From the NCBI RefSeq assembly GCF_006345805.1, contig NC_043002.1, forward strand, positions 117,738,001-117,802,000: 64,000 bases of DNA, written 5' to 3'. Of this stretch, positions 1-12,410 are shown piece by piece. Every line of letters begins with the position of its first letter. The stretch's first letter is position 1. Both the position numbers and the translations under genes were made by a program. This DNA is from Octopus sinensis (Eukaryota). The notes under the pieces were generated by a model. It saw nothing but the letters and a program-made list of their open reading frames with translations. It was not told the DNA's origin and did no database searches.

Positions 1-488
1 CCTTTTATGTGTCACCTGCATGGATGCCTTTTATGTGTCACCAGCATGGGTGCCTTTTACGTGTCACCAGCACTGGTGCCTTTTACATGTCACCAGCATG
101 GGTGCCCTTTAACAGATCACCTGCATGGATGCCTTTTATGTGTCACCTGCATGGATGCCTTTTATGTGTCACCTGCATGGATGCCTTTTATGTGTCACCA
201 GCATGGGTGCCTTTTACGTGTCACCAGCACTGGTGCCTTTTACATGTCACCAGCATGGGTGCCCTTTAACAGATCACCTGCATGGATGCCTTTTATGTGT
301 CACCTGCATGGATGCCTTTTATGTGTCACCTGCATGGATGCCTTTTATGTGTCACCAGCATGGGTGCCTTTTACGTGTCACCAGCACTGGTGCCTTTTAC
401 ATGTCACCAGCATGGGTGCCCTTTAACAGATCACCAGCATGGGTGCCTTTTATGTGTCACCAGCATGGGTGCCTTTTACGTGTCACCA
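1..488. repeat. 26/27-bp minisatellite with 157-bp (6-monomer) higher-order period
   Basis: Monomer CCTTTTATGTGTCACC(T/A)GCATGG(A/G)TG; the variant AACAGATCAC recurs at 111, 268 and 425. Confidence 0.92.
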
Positions 489-744
489 CATAAATGAATA
501 AGATATTTCATACCAGCCTTTTAAAATGACCCATAACTGGATCTATCTAAAGACAAGGGGTCTAGGCTCACATTGATTTAACCCTTTAGGATTTCATCTG
601 GCCATACCCGGCCCATTCATTCTACCTATTTTATGTTCAAACTGGCCAGATCTGGCCTTTCACACCTACCCTACAATATCATTCTAAAAATAAACATTTA
701 CATCATTGAAATCTTAAGGTTATAAGATGATTAATTCAAAACAA

Positions 745-2033
745 TCATCATCATCATCATCGTTGTCATTTAATGTCAGCTTTCCATGCTGGATGGTTTG
801 ATTGAGGACTGGCAAGCTAGGAAGCTGCACCAGGCACCAATCTAATTTGGCAAGGTTTCTACAGCTGGATGCCAACCACTCCGAGAGTGTAGTGGGTGTT
901 TTTTACATGCCACTAGCACAGGAGTTAGTCAGGCAGCACTTGCATTGACCATGCTTGAATGGTGCAGTTTACATGTTCACTAGCATGAGAGCTAGTCAGG
1001 CAGCACTGGTATCACCCATGCTTGAATGGTGCTTTTTATGTGCCACCAGCACAGTATGCCAGTCAGGTGGCACTGGCATTAGTCACGACTATGATTTCAC
1101 TTGGTTCAACAGGTCTTCACAAGCATGGCATATTGCCTGATGATTGAAGGGTGTTAGTTAGTTAGTTAGTTAATTTTTTGGCTCAAAAAGCAAGGCCATG
1201 TAGGGGGACATGGAGTTATGTACAGGGTGGTGTTCATGTAAAGAGTTCAGGCCACTTGAGGTCAAGGGAGATTTTGAACTGAGCGGTCGTCGACATCTTC
1301 ACCATCTCGCCTGGCAGCTTATTCCACGGATCTGCAATCTGGACAGAGAAAGCCCCTTTCCTTCGATCGAGATGAAATTGTCGCAGATAGAGCTTTTTGG
1401 AATGACCCCACAGCCGACGCTCTGGAGCAGGAGTGAAGAACAGCTCTTTTGAGAGGTTACACTTTCCGCTTATGATGTTGTGAGCAAGAATGAGATCACC
1501 ATGGCAGCGTCGTTTTTCTAGAGAATAAAGGTCAAGCGTCTTCAGCCTTTCTTCATAAGACAAATGCTTGAGACCAAGAACCATGCGGGTAGCCAGCTTC
1601 TGAACTCTTTCGAGATGCTGTATGTCTTTGAGGAGATAAGGAGAAGAGGCTTGAATCCCATACTCCAATATGGGTCTCACCAGCGTAACATAGAGCGGTA
1701 GGAATATGGCTGCTGTGAGCATTCCGAATGACCGTCGGATCAAGAACAGAATTCCGTTGGCAGCATGGACGCACTGGGCCGAAGGCGAAAAGAAGGAATC
1801 CACCAAGATACCCAGGTCCTTTAACTGATTGGTCCTCTCCAGCAGCAGACGACCTAGCTCGAACTTGGGCCAGTTATGTGACACTGGCATCAGCCATGGC
1901 TACAATTTCACCTGGCTTGCTGGGTCTTCTTAAGCACAGCATAGCTCCAAAGGTCTTGGTCTCCTTTCATTACGTCTGTGAGGCCCAATGTTCAAAGGTT
2001 GTGCTCCACCACCACATCCCATGTCTTCCTGTA
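745..2033 (-). mobile_element. RTE LINE 3' fragment ((GAT)n tail) interrupted by a CR1-type fragment
   Basis: (CAT)n tail at about 745-762; 3'UTR modules; 1920-2033 is the reverse complement of the RTE ORF2 C-terminus seen at 34590-34700. Confidence 0.75.
1153..1866 (-). mobile_element. 5'-truncated CR1/L2-type LINE (RT C-terminus) with (TAAC)n tail
   Basis: ORF 1234-1890: KDLGILVD...RPILEY...LERVQKLATRMV...GDLI; tail (GTTA)n at 1153-1173. Confidence 0.85.
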
Positions 2034-4043
2034 GAAGGGTAATGGTGTGTAGCTTGCCACTATAACTGCTGATAACAGTGTCTATAGTCAAACTCCATCC
2101 ATCTAGTAGTAAATGCCAGAACTAGAGTAGGGTGCTGTATAATTATTAAGTATTTTACTTGTTTGCAGCATTGAATTTGAATTCCTTCTATGAAGGTAAA
2201 AAAGGCAATGGGAAATGATTCCAATGAATTCATTTGAAATTTTCCCAGAATTCAATTTCTCGGAAACAGTTTCATTGAAAAAAAAAAAAAATTATAACAA
2301 TTACAGTTACTTTTTCTGTTTCAAAATGTCTTACTTATTTTTTTAAAGTACAAGGTTTACATTGTGGCTCCTCATCTAGTGTATTCACTCAGGTTAATAA
2401 TCTCTGCTTAATGGTTAATATCTAATCAAAACATGTCTTATCATTCTCTAGTAATCTTTTGTTGCATGTATAATTGTTAGTACAATCAAAAATATATTTG
2501 ACATCATTATCAACAGGACAATTATTATTACATAATTACCAGTTTGAAATGAAATAGCATCAAGCTTACTGAGAGATAGCAGTCATTTGTTTAATTAATT
2601 TTTCAGAGAAGAACTATCTGGCACACAGACACACATTGCAATTTTACTCACCAAGAGAAATGAATACTCTTCCACATCTCCCTTATATCAATATGTATAG
2701 ACATACTTCTCTCCTCAATTTCTTTCTCTGGGCAAAATGCTTAGTGGTATTTTGTCTATCTTTACATTTTGAGTTCAAATTCCACCTAGGTCAACTTCGC
2801 CTTTCATCCTTTTGGGGTTGATAAAATAAGTACCAGTTCAGCACTGGGGTTGACATAATTGACTTACCCCCCCCCCCAAAAAAAATTTCAGTCCTTATAC
2901 CTCTAGTACAGGAGTCAGCGAATCAGGATAAATGACCCCAAGTGGGGTAAAAATGAAATTCTTGTGGGTGAAAGGGGTTTCATTAGACATAATCAAAATT
3001 CTATAAAAACCATGTTCCTTGTTATGACAGAAATTTTTCTTCTAGTATGAGGAGACAATTAAAAAGTTGTTGTCTTTTGCAACAACCTACCTTTACAAAC
3101 AAGGATTTCCCACCTTAATAAACATAAAAACAAAGCAGAGAAATGAATCTGACCCTAATGGCTAATGGCATGATAAACATGCACACAGGTCATGCTGTAA
3201 AGTGGTTAGTGATAGGAAAGTCCTCCTGCAACTAGGAGTATGCCAAAATCATGACAGTCACAAATATAATGAAAAACCCTAACTGTATATACAGAACTGA
3301 CACTTACCTCCAAGCAGATGCCACATTTGAGAAACCCTTGATCACTGGCAAATGACTGCACAAACTGGTTTTCTTTCAGCAGCAAAAACAAACTTTAAAC
3401 AACCCACTTGCTGCTTTCTTCTAATTTTCAGTACAACGAAGCCCCTGTCCCAGCTACCCCTCTCCTAGCTACCTGATATTGGATATTGTTCTATTATTTG
3501 TCTCATCAGTTTTACCAATTTTTCCAGGCCTTTTTTTTTTTTGCCATTCCACCACATATTACCTGTTTTGCTGGAACCTTGCTCCATATACAGATATGAT
3601 CTGTAACTGAGAGATGATTGTCACACAGAAACTCCCAGGATAGCCATCATCAATACAGGTATAATGAAAGTTAGGTTTGGAAAAATTATGGAAATGCTGG
3701 AATAGATGTGTGAATTATACAAAAGTTAAGATGGTGGAGATCCTCATTCAGATTCCCCATAGACAAGGAGCAAAAGTACAAATCCTATTGGGCAATGCTT
3801 TGGTGGATACTCTAGTGAGCATGGAATCTATGTATATGGTATGTGGAACAAGAAAGGATAAAACTTCTTGGGCTTCTGTGATAGAAATGATATGATTTGC
3901 TGACCTCAGAAAACTAGACAGTTATTTGATCAACAACCAAACAAGTAAACATTCAAACTAGACAAGCTTCATTCTTAGCAGGAAAAAGGACTGTTTGTGA
4001 AAGTTAGGTTTTTTCCTCAGTGAAGAATGTAGCACTTAACATA

Positions 4044-4352
4044 GGGAGGCACAATGGCCCAGTGGTTAGGGCAGTGGACTCACAATTGTAGGATTGCGGT
4101 TTCAATTCCTAGACTCCTAAAGCTCCACAAGACTCTGGCAAGAGGTGGTGGTGATCCCTGCTGTACTCTTTCATCACAACTTTCTCTCACTCTTTCTTCC
4201 TGTTTCTGTTGTACCTGTATTTCAAAGGGCCAACCATGTCACACTGAATCTCCCTGAGAACTACGTTAAGGGTACACGTGTCTGTGGAGTGCTCAGCTAC
4301 TTGCACGTTAATTACATGAGTAGGCTGTTCCATTGATAGGATCAACTGGAAC
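4044..4352 (+). mobile_element. tRNA-derived SINE, family A, degraded copy
   Basis: Colinear with the 8444-8833 copy; A box TGGCCCAGTGG. Confidence 0.8.
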
Positions 4353-4529
4353 ATAGCAAGAGCACACAGAGAGCACAAACCTCTGTGAAGGCAACACCAC
4401 CATCCTCTCAACGATTAACCAGAGAGGATTTTTAAAACAAGAATATCTGAAATAAACTTGACTGCTCTCACAAACGAGAATACTAAAAATGAACCTGACT
4501 CCTCTCAAAAATTAAGTAAAAAAACAGGA

Positions 4530-4716
4530 AAAATAATCCAGAATCCTTTTCCGGTACTGGATCAATCCCAAAATCTAATCAGTTTGTGCCAGTCATGAGG
4601 CCAAACATCCCTTAAAGTTTCATCTGAATCTATCCAGCAGTTCTTGAGACATCTTGTCCACGGATTAACAAACACAACTGAAAACAATACCTCTGCCTTC
4701 GGTAAAGCAGAGGTAA
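4530..4716. mobile_element. Possible non-autonomous Helentron/HINE-like element end
   Basis: Terminal hairpin TACCTCTGC-10 nt-GCAGAGGTA at 4688-4715; family assignment from recall only. Confidence 0.35.
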
Positions 4717-5575
4717 TAATGGTGATGATGATAATGGCATCATCAGTTTCCTCATTGTAATCATTATCATTAGTAATACTAGTTCTAAACATATCTTAAT
4801 TGTTTCACTTAGATTGTTCTGTAGTTGTCTCTGTGGCAATTTTATTCACTCATGCTACCTAATTACACACACACGTGCACACATACACACATTCAGAGAT
4901 TAAAGATTTTAGGATTTAGCATTCTGAGACATTTCTGATAGTTTAATTATGAATAAAAGTAAAAATACCCCACACATGTTGTAGTTCTTGTTTAGTCTAA
5001 GTCAGCCTTGTCTAGCAGTTCCAGCTCAAACCTCTTTTGAACTTAAGCCTCTTTTCCATGAAAGCACTTTGCAATTGAAGTGAGATTCAGCTGCAATTCC
5101 TTGTTGGTTGAATGACACTACCTGCATGCAACAATCATCTCTGGTTCAGTTATATCTTCCACACTCTTTTTTTTTTTTGGATATTAACAACCTGCTTGCT
5201 GCCACCTCTTATAACATTCATTTCTATGTTAATGCTATTACACTTCACTCTGCTTTTAACCATGAGCTGCCAACACCTCACACCAAACTTCCCCTATCTC
5301 TGGGTAAAGCAATCCCTAAAACATTTTCCACTATCAACAGTCTAGTCTGTTTCAAAATAATCTTGTACTTTACTCTTCCTGGTATTGGACAACATGCAAT
5401 TCACGCCCTCCAGATTACTAGGTTGATGTCTGATAATTTTTCCTAGTAATTTACATTAGATTGCTGAAATTGCACCTCAAAGGCTGGCCTTCCTTTTCAG
5501 GGCTTGGAATACTTTAGTTCCCAACAATTGCTAAATTCCTGAAAAAACAAGTAAAATTGATGAGAAAATATTGAT

Positions 5576-5760
5576 TTCAAATTTTGGCACAAGACCAGCA
5601 ATTTTGGGGTAGGGGGCAACTCGTATTTATTTTATTGACCCTGAAAGGATGAAGGGCAAAGTCGACTTTGGTGGAATTTGAACTCAGAACATACAGACAG
5701 ATGAAATGTTGCGAAGCATTTTGCCTGGCATGCTAACGATTCTTCTAGCTTGCCACCCTA
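5576..5760 (-). mobile_element. tRNA-derived SINE, family B
   Basis: Reverse complement of the GTTCAAATTCC...GCCTTTCATCCTTTC.GGGTC.ATAAA core. Confidence 0.75.
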
Positions 5761-6669
5761 TATTAGCAAAAAAGTATTGCTCCTGCATCAGGGATACTAC
5801 AGGTACAAGCATACACACACACAAAATCAAGGCATCATTTAAATAAAGGAAATTTAAATGATTTGCGAAAGTACACTCACCAAACTAACCTGAAGATACA
5901 CCATCTCCTCACCCAGCCAAATTCACTACTACTTCAGTGGCCTTTATCATTCTGAATATCACCAACACCATGGCCCACACAATTGACTTATTTCTCCTAT
6001 TATTACCCATGTTCTTCTTCCACACTGATACTTTTTCCTCCAGATCATTAATTCTCCAGAATTTTCTTCCTATCTCCTTTTTTCCCCCTAGATGTCAACT
6101 TAACAGAGGTTCAAACAGAATATATCACCCACATTACTCTTAGTATCATTAGTCTGAGGTGGTCTGTAAAATGAGAGAGGATCTCAGTGTGGGCATATGA
6201 TATCTCCCTCACACAAAAACAGAAAAGACTTTCCTTACAGGGTATTATTGTTCTCATGTAAAATGATAAAACAATATAAAGGCGGTGCTCCAGCATGGCC
6301 GCAGTCAAATGACTGAAACAAGTAAAAGAGTAAAAGAATATATAGCTATCAACAAACAATAATCAGCTTGGTACTTTGTAACAGTTTAAAACAAAATGTT
6401 ACCATATTTTTTTGGCATACATGTTGACATAGTATATAGTGAAACATGTAGTGTAAACATTCAAACATCATCACTATCTTTCCAAATTCTGCAGCATTTC
6501 ACATGGAATTTTTGGCCCTCTGAAGTCAACCAATCTTTTTCAGCTGTAAATTTTGTCTCAAAAAATTCAACTTGTATACCAGAAGATACAGTAACAAAAA
6601 TTTTTTCTGTTACCTCTATTTGCTGAAATAAAATAAATCATTGAATTAATATTGTCTTCTATTCATTAG

Positions 6670-6720
6670 ATAATTACCTCTATAATTACCTCTATAATTA
6701 CCTCTATAATTACCTCTATA
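6670..6720. repeat. 12-bp tandem repeat (ATAATTACCTCT)x4
   Basis: Directly readable. Confidence 0.9.
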
Positions 6721-8153
6721 TCTTCTTATGTTTGCAACATCAAATATATTTAGTTTATTAATGACATAACTTGACTATATGACATTCTGTCATATTAATC
6801 ATGGCTATTATGATGACAATAATTTTTTGAAGTTATTTTTGATAATTACTATCAGGAAGTATTTATAATGTTTATTATTTCCAATTAGTCGTTTCTATGA
6901 TGCAAACTTTCTTTCTTCTTCTTTGCATGGTGAACATTGCATGCCTAATCCAGATTTGTCTCTATTCTCATATATTCAACCTTGTTCACTTCCATGACAC
7001 CTTTACTATACCTAAAACAAGTTGATAAAAGCAGTCTTTGTTTAATACACCAGCAATATCAAAATTCATCACATTTTGAACTTTATACAACTGTAACAAG
7101 ATATTTCCACAAACACAGCACTGTTTTCCTATGAACATATACTTGTTCTCATTCTCTCAAGTTCAGCAATCCCTGATAGTATTTCTATGTTACAGAATAG
7201 CTTCATTTCATTTTAATATTTTTGAAATTAAGTTCTTGTTTAGCCAAGGAAGAAGTATCAAAGTAAGTCATTGGCAAACTGCTATCCACGGGGCTTTCTG
7301 AATGGCACCTTCAATTTTTTAGTTTGTAGTCTGCCTAACAATGCGACATGTCTCATGTGGCCTACTTCACAAAAAACAAATTGCCAATACCTGATCTTAG
7401 CAGTTGCCACAAACTGAAAAAAGCCCAGAGTTGAGCCAAAGAGAGAGCCTCAATATGGTTACTTGTCCTGCTAGAAATAACAACCTCATTGATCTCAAAT
7501 AACCCCTTACTGCCTTAAAAAAGAATATTTTAATAATGGGTTGCTTGATATACAAAAAGATAGGATAATAGCTGAAACATCTTTGATCCTAGATTTACTT
7601 GATTCAGACTAACCTGAAACGATGACAAGGGTGACAATGACAGCAATTATGATGACAACGATAAGAGCAACAATTAAAGATTTAATTGTATTAGAGACCA
7701 TTACAGAGGTGAATTGTGTAAAGGATCCTTAACTTCTTTTAAACGAGTTGGTACACATTGATAAATTAAGCAAAAATAATTGGATTTGTTTCATTTTATC
7801 TCATATGAAAACAATAACATGAATAATTTTATTGGGATTTTGACATAATTCTGCTGATAATGTTAATGATAATAAGCTTGCTACTTTGTAATAGCTTAAT
7901 AAAATGTTGACAAAGATTTTCTGTCTCCTCTACTTTCTGAAATAATTAAAATTATATTAAATCATTGAAATAACATCATCTTTAATTTATTACATAATTA
8001 TTTCCAATTATATTTTGTATATTCTTTTACTTGTTTCAGTCATTTGACTGCGGCCTTGCTGGAGCACGTTCACATTAGACAGATTGACAATTAATGATGT
8101 AACTTGACCATATGACATCCTCCCTATTTATAAATTTTTATTATTTCATAAAC

Positions 8154-8370
8154 AAGGCAGTAAGCTAGCAGAAACATTAGCACACTAAACAAAATGCTTA
8201 GTGGCATTTCATGTCTTTACATTCTGAGTTCAAATTTCAGCAAGGTTGACTTTGCCTTTCATCCTTTTGGAGGTCAATGAAATAAATACTAGTTGAGCAC
8301 TGGAGTCACTGAAATCAACTAGACCTCCCCCACAAAATTTCAGGCCTTGTGCCTAAAGTAGAAAGGATTA
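8154..8370 (+). mobile_element. tRNA-derived SINE, family B
   Basis: A-box-like AGCTAGCAGAA, B-box-like GTTCAAATT, shared core. Confidence 0.78.
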
Positions 8371-8381
8371 TTTCAAATTAA

Positions 8382-8999
8382 TCCTTTAGCATTCAGATTA
8401 TTAAATGTAATGCTTATTTATTCACATTGTTTTGAATTAATCAGAGGCGCAATGGCCCAGTGGTTAGGGCAGCGGACTCGCGGTCATAGGATCGCGGTTT
8501 CGATTCCCAGACCGGGCGTTGTGAGTGTTTATTGAGCGAAAACACCTAAAGCTCCACGAGGCTCCGGCAGGGGATGGTGGTGATCCCTGCTGTACTCTTT
8601 CACCACAACTTTCTCTCACTCTTACTTCCTGTTTCTGTTGTACCTGTATTTCAAAGGGCCGGCCTTGTCACTCTCTGTGTCACGCTGAATATCCCCGAGA
8701 ACTACGTTAAGGGTACACGTGTCTGTGGAGTGCTCAGCCACTTACATGTTAATTTCATGAGCAGGCTGTTCCGTTGATTCGGATCAACCGGAACCCTCAT
8801 CGTCGTAACCGACGGAGTGCTTCCATCCATCCATTTGAATTAATCATGCAGTATCTCATAGTTTTGAGATTTCAATGATGTGACTTATTATTTTTAATAT
8901 GAGTTTGTAGGGTAGGTGTGAGAGGCAGGATTTGGTCAGTTTGAACAGAAAACAGGCAGAATATTTGGACCAAATATGGCCAGTTTAAATGCAAAAGGG
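8382..8999. mobile_element. piggyBac-like MITE (TTAA-flanked, CCCTTTAGCATT-type termini) containing a SINE
   Basis: TTAA at 8378-8381 and 9000-9003; imperfect TIRs; related copies at about 577-745 and 14510-14705. Confidence 0.6.
8444..8833 (+). mobile_element. Full-length tRNA(Arg-like)-derived SINE, family A, with 13-bp TSD
   Basis: A box 8453-8463, B box 8497-8507, (CCAT)n tail, TSD TTTGAATTAATCA at 8431-8443 and 8834-8846. Confidence 0.92.
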
Positions 9000-9092
9000 T
9001 TAATCATTTGTATGATATAAACTTTCTTCTTTGTATGGTAAACATTGAATGCTTGAATTCAGATTTATCTCTGTTCTCATATATCTAACAGT

Positions 9093-10593
9093 TGTAGCAA
9101 TATTGTTTTCTTCATTGCTATCTTCACTGTTTGAGAAAAGTATTAAGAATGATCTTGTTTGAGATTACAAACATCTTTGGCTAGTTTAACGTTGTTGTAA
9201 CCACTAACCTGATTGGTTGACACGTGACGCGATTTGTCTCCACTTATTTTCACGCCACTGGTTGACATGTGACACGAGTGGTCTCTACATAGTTTGCACC
9301 ACTGGTTGACATGTGACGTGGTTTGTCTCTACATATTTCGCGCCATTGTTCCAAGACAGCCAATCACAGCCTTCCATTTCTGAAGTTCGTTTGAGCCACC
9401 CAAACGGTATATAAAGGAGTGTTTTCAGACACCTTTCGTCTTTGGTTTCTAGTCCTTGTGAGGACTAAACCTCTGACCACACAGAGCATACTCAACCATG
9501 TTCCAGTCCAAAAGGCAGGCGACCACCAAGCAAAACATAATATGAAGACGCTGTAGAAACCAGACATAACGGCATCGCCAACATCGTCTCTACCTACGAA
9601 GATTTAGCTTGTACATAAGATAGCTACAGATTCAACTCATACTGTTAGTGTGAAAATCTCACCACGGGAAAACGGCTACAGTAAATATATCTGAAAGAAT
9701 ATCCATATCAAGAGAAAGATAAACACAACAAGTGGTTCAACTAATCTCAGCTCTGAGACACAACATCTTGATATTGAACTCTTACACTTCGTGTACTTCA
9801 TAAACAGTAAATCAATTACCTGTCTTTAGTTTTAGTTCTTGTAAGAACTGGCTTCAGAGACAGCGCTGCTCAACCAAATGATATACGATTGTTCCTGCTA
9901 CAACGCTAATGTACACTATCACAGAAAGCCTACTACCTTCGCTGTCTACATCATCATGTATCGACTTTGAGTCGCCTCTAACATCTTTGCCACACAAACT
10001 GTAAGCCAAATTCCATTATTGACTCTGTGCTTCGTACTTTTGTATGTCAACTGCATTCACCCTGTTTGTTCTGTCACACACACAGACACAGACACGTGTT
10101 GCATGCGTAAATACATGCTAACGTTTACAAACTCCTAACATTGACACGATTGTAAAATAAATAATGTTTATATCTCAAACAGAAGACTTGTTGTCAATCC
10201 ACTTATGTTCTATTGTTACTGCATGTATTTATGGCTTGTTAAGAGTAGAACCGCGTGCGATTGTATTTCCTACACGATGCGACCGCATGTGATCCTATTT
10301 CTTACACTGGTGACCCCTCAAATACGCAGCCATTCTGATATACTATGCGGCCAATAGTAAACATAAGTTACGGAATTATTGACACAAGAGAACGCTGAAG
10401 AAGGAACTTTTTAAGAAAAAAAAAAAATATCAATTTTATCGTCGTTTTGTCTGGCAAGAGGCTATCTGTAGCAATATCGTTTTCTTCATTGCTATCTTCA
10501 CTGTTTGAGAAAAGTATTAAGAACGATCTCGTTTGAGATTACAAACATCGTATTTCCTACACGATGCGACATCATGTGATCCTATTTCTTACA
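9093..10593 (+). mobile_element. Non-autonomous LTR retroelement: 1214-bp 5' LTR, 160-bp internal region, 127-bp 3' LTR
   Basis: Both LTRs start TGTAG and end TTACA; 4-bp TSD CAGT; PBS TGGTGACCCC at 10308-10317; CCAAT 9360, TATATAAA 9408, AATAAA 10156. Confidence 0.85.
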
Positions 10594-11265
10594 CAGTATT
10601 TGCTTCCCAACATCATCTTAAGCTACGAAAATGTAACTAGAATGACGATGTATGAAGAAAGGGCATTTTTTGTTTTTTGTAGATGATGGAGAAAAGCACT
10701 GAGCTGCAGGTCTTCATGGACCTTTTTGAGTTAGGTGGGTGATGGTTGCAGTAAAAATATGAACAAGGAGGCAGTCCCACAGGAGAGACATTCTTAGAGA
10801 AAAAAATTGTATTGGCGGTTTGTGTGAGGATGACTGAAATGGAAGTAGACATACAAGTGACAAGAAGAAGAGACATGAGTGACTGAGTAAATGCGAAATG
10901 AGGTTGACCATATCTGAAGAGTAGTGGCCACTGTAGAAAAAGCAGGAAGAAGCAACAGTGTATTTGTTGGTCAGAGGCTGGAATATGCTGGTGAGCAACT
11001 TCATGCTAATCAGTTGAGTGTAGGGGTTGGTCCGATTTTATACATCTTCAGCAAACAATTGTTTATTTATATACCTGTACCACCTAAAAGAGACCACTCA
11101 ACTGGCCAATAAATACACTTGAATGGTTAGCATCCTAGAGATCTGTGAAGGATTTTTGAGGTGGGGGAGGGGCTCAGATATATAAATGAAAAAAATGTAT
11201 AAATTCTGACCAACAACCATGCACAGAGCTCAAGGATGGGAGCCAGTACTCAGGTTCAGTTTCTG

Positions 11266-11396
<131 letters not shown>

Positions 11397-11884
11397 ATCA
11401 GAGGTATGTCTTTAACAGGGGAAGAACTGAAACCAGTACTATAGACCAATACAGTTCTCAGTCCTATAAATGCTGCTGCTTAAAGCCATGGCTTATACCT
11501 TCTGTGGTCTCTACTTAGAGCTTTCACAAGTTAATAAGGCAATCTCTATATGGTTGTTAGAGCAGCTAAACATAATGGCAGTTTCATCAGTTTTAGGAGT
11601 GGTGTTCATTATAATTAAGTAAACAAAAGATTTAGACTATATTTGGTCACGGTCAACCAGTTGGATCAATATGGTTAAAGCTGATGATAATGGAAGGAAT
11701 AAGTACAAGTGACATAAAAAATGTTTTTTAATCTATAAATTGTGTTGCTGTATCTTAATCAATATCTAACATTTTTTTGTCATACATGAACTGTAGTGGA
11801 CTTTATAATCGTTAAAGTCCATTTTTGGTCATTAAGAAAACTCATGAGATTTAATTTCTTTTTTTCCTACTATTTTATCTTTTG

Positions 11885-12410
11885 TCTTTTACTCGTTTCA
11901 TGTGGCCATGCTGGGGCACTGCCTTGGAGGGTTTTAGCTGAACAAATCGACTCTAAGTCTTGTTTTTTAATTTTTTAAAGCCTAATACTTATACCATCGG
12001 TCTCTTTTGCCAAACAACTAAGTTACAGGGATGTAAACACACCAACACCAGTTGTCAAGTAGTGATAAGGAACAAACACAGACACAGAGATACACACACA
12101 TAAATATGTACATACATATATACATAGATAGAGAGCCATAAAAACCCCACCAAACCAGACACAAATGTCTGGTGCGTGCTCCTGCCTGGCCAGCTCCTGT
12201 CAAACCATCCAACCCATGCCAGCATGGAAGGTGGATGTTAAATGCTGATGATGTTGATGATGATATATACACACACATGATGGATTTCTTTCAGTTTCTA
12301 TCTATGAAATCCACTCACAAGGCTTTGGTCAGCCCAAGGCTACAGTAGGAGACACTTACCCAAGGTGCCACGCAGTGGGACTGAACCCAGAATCATGTGG
12401 TTGGGACCAT
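11885..12410 (-). mobile_element. tRNA-derived SINE, family C, with an inserted RTE 3' tail (about 12165-12265)
   Basis: Colinear with the 37651-38057 copy. Confidence 0.7.

Noticed and set aside
1-497. Repetitive ORFs and a CRISPR-like look of the arrays at 1-488 and 55853-56060
   Set aside because: Head-to-tail tandem repeats with no unique spacers and no cas genes, in a eukaryotic context
3308-3391. Minus-strand GTAAGT donor after ...GFLKCGICLE (RING-like start)
   Set aside because: No convincing acceptor, no partner exons and no completion of a RING motif
8444-8515. tRNA-Arg-like sequence
   Set aside because: It is the head of a SINE with body, tail and TSD; no complete acceptor stem
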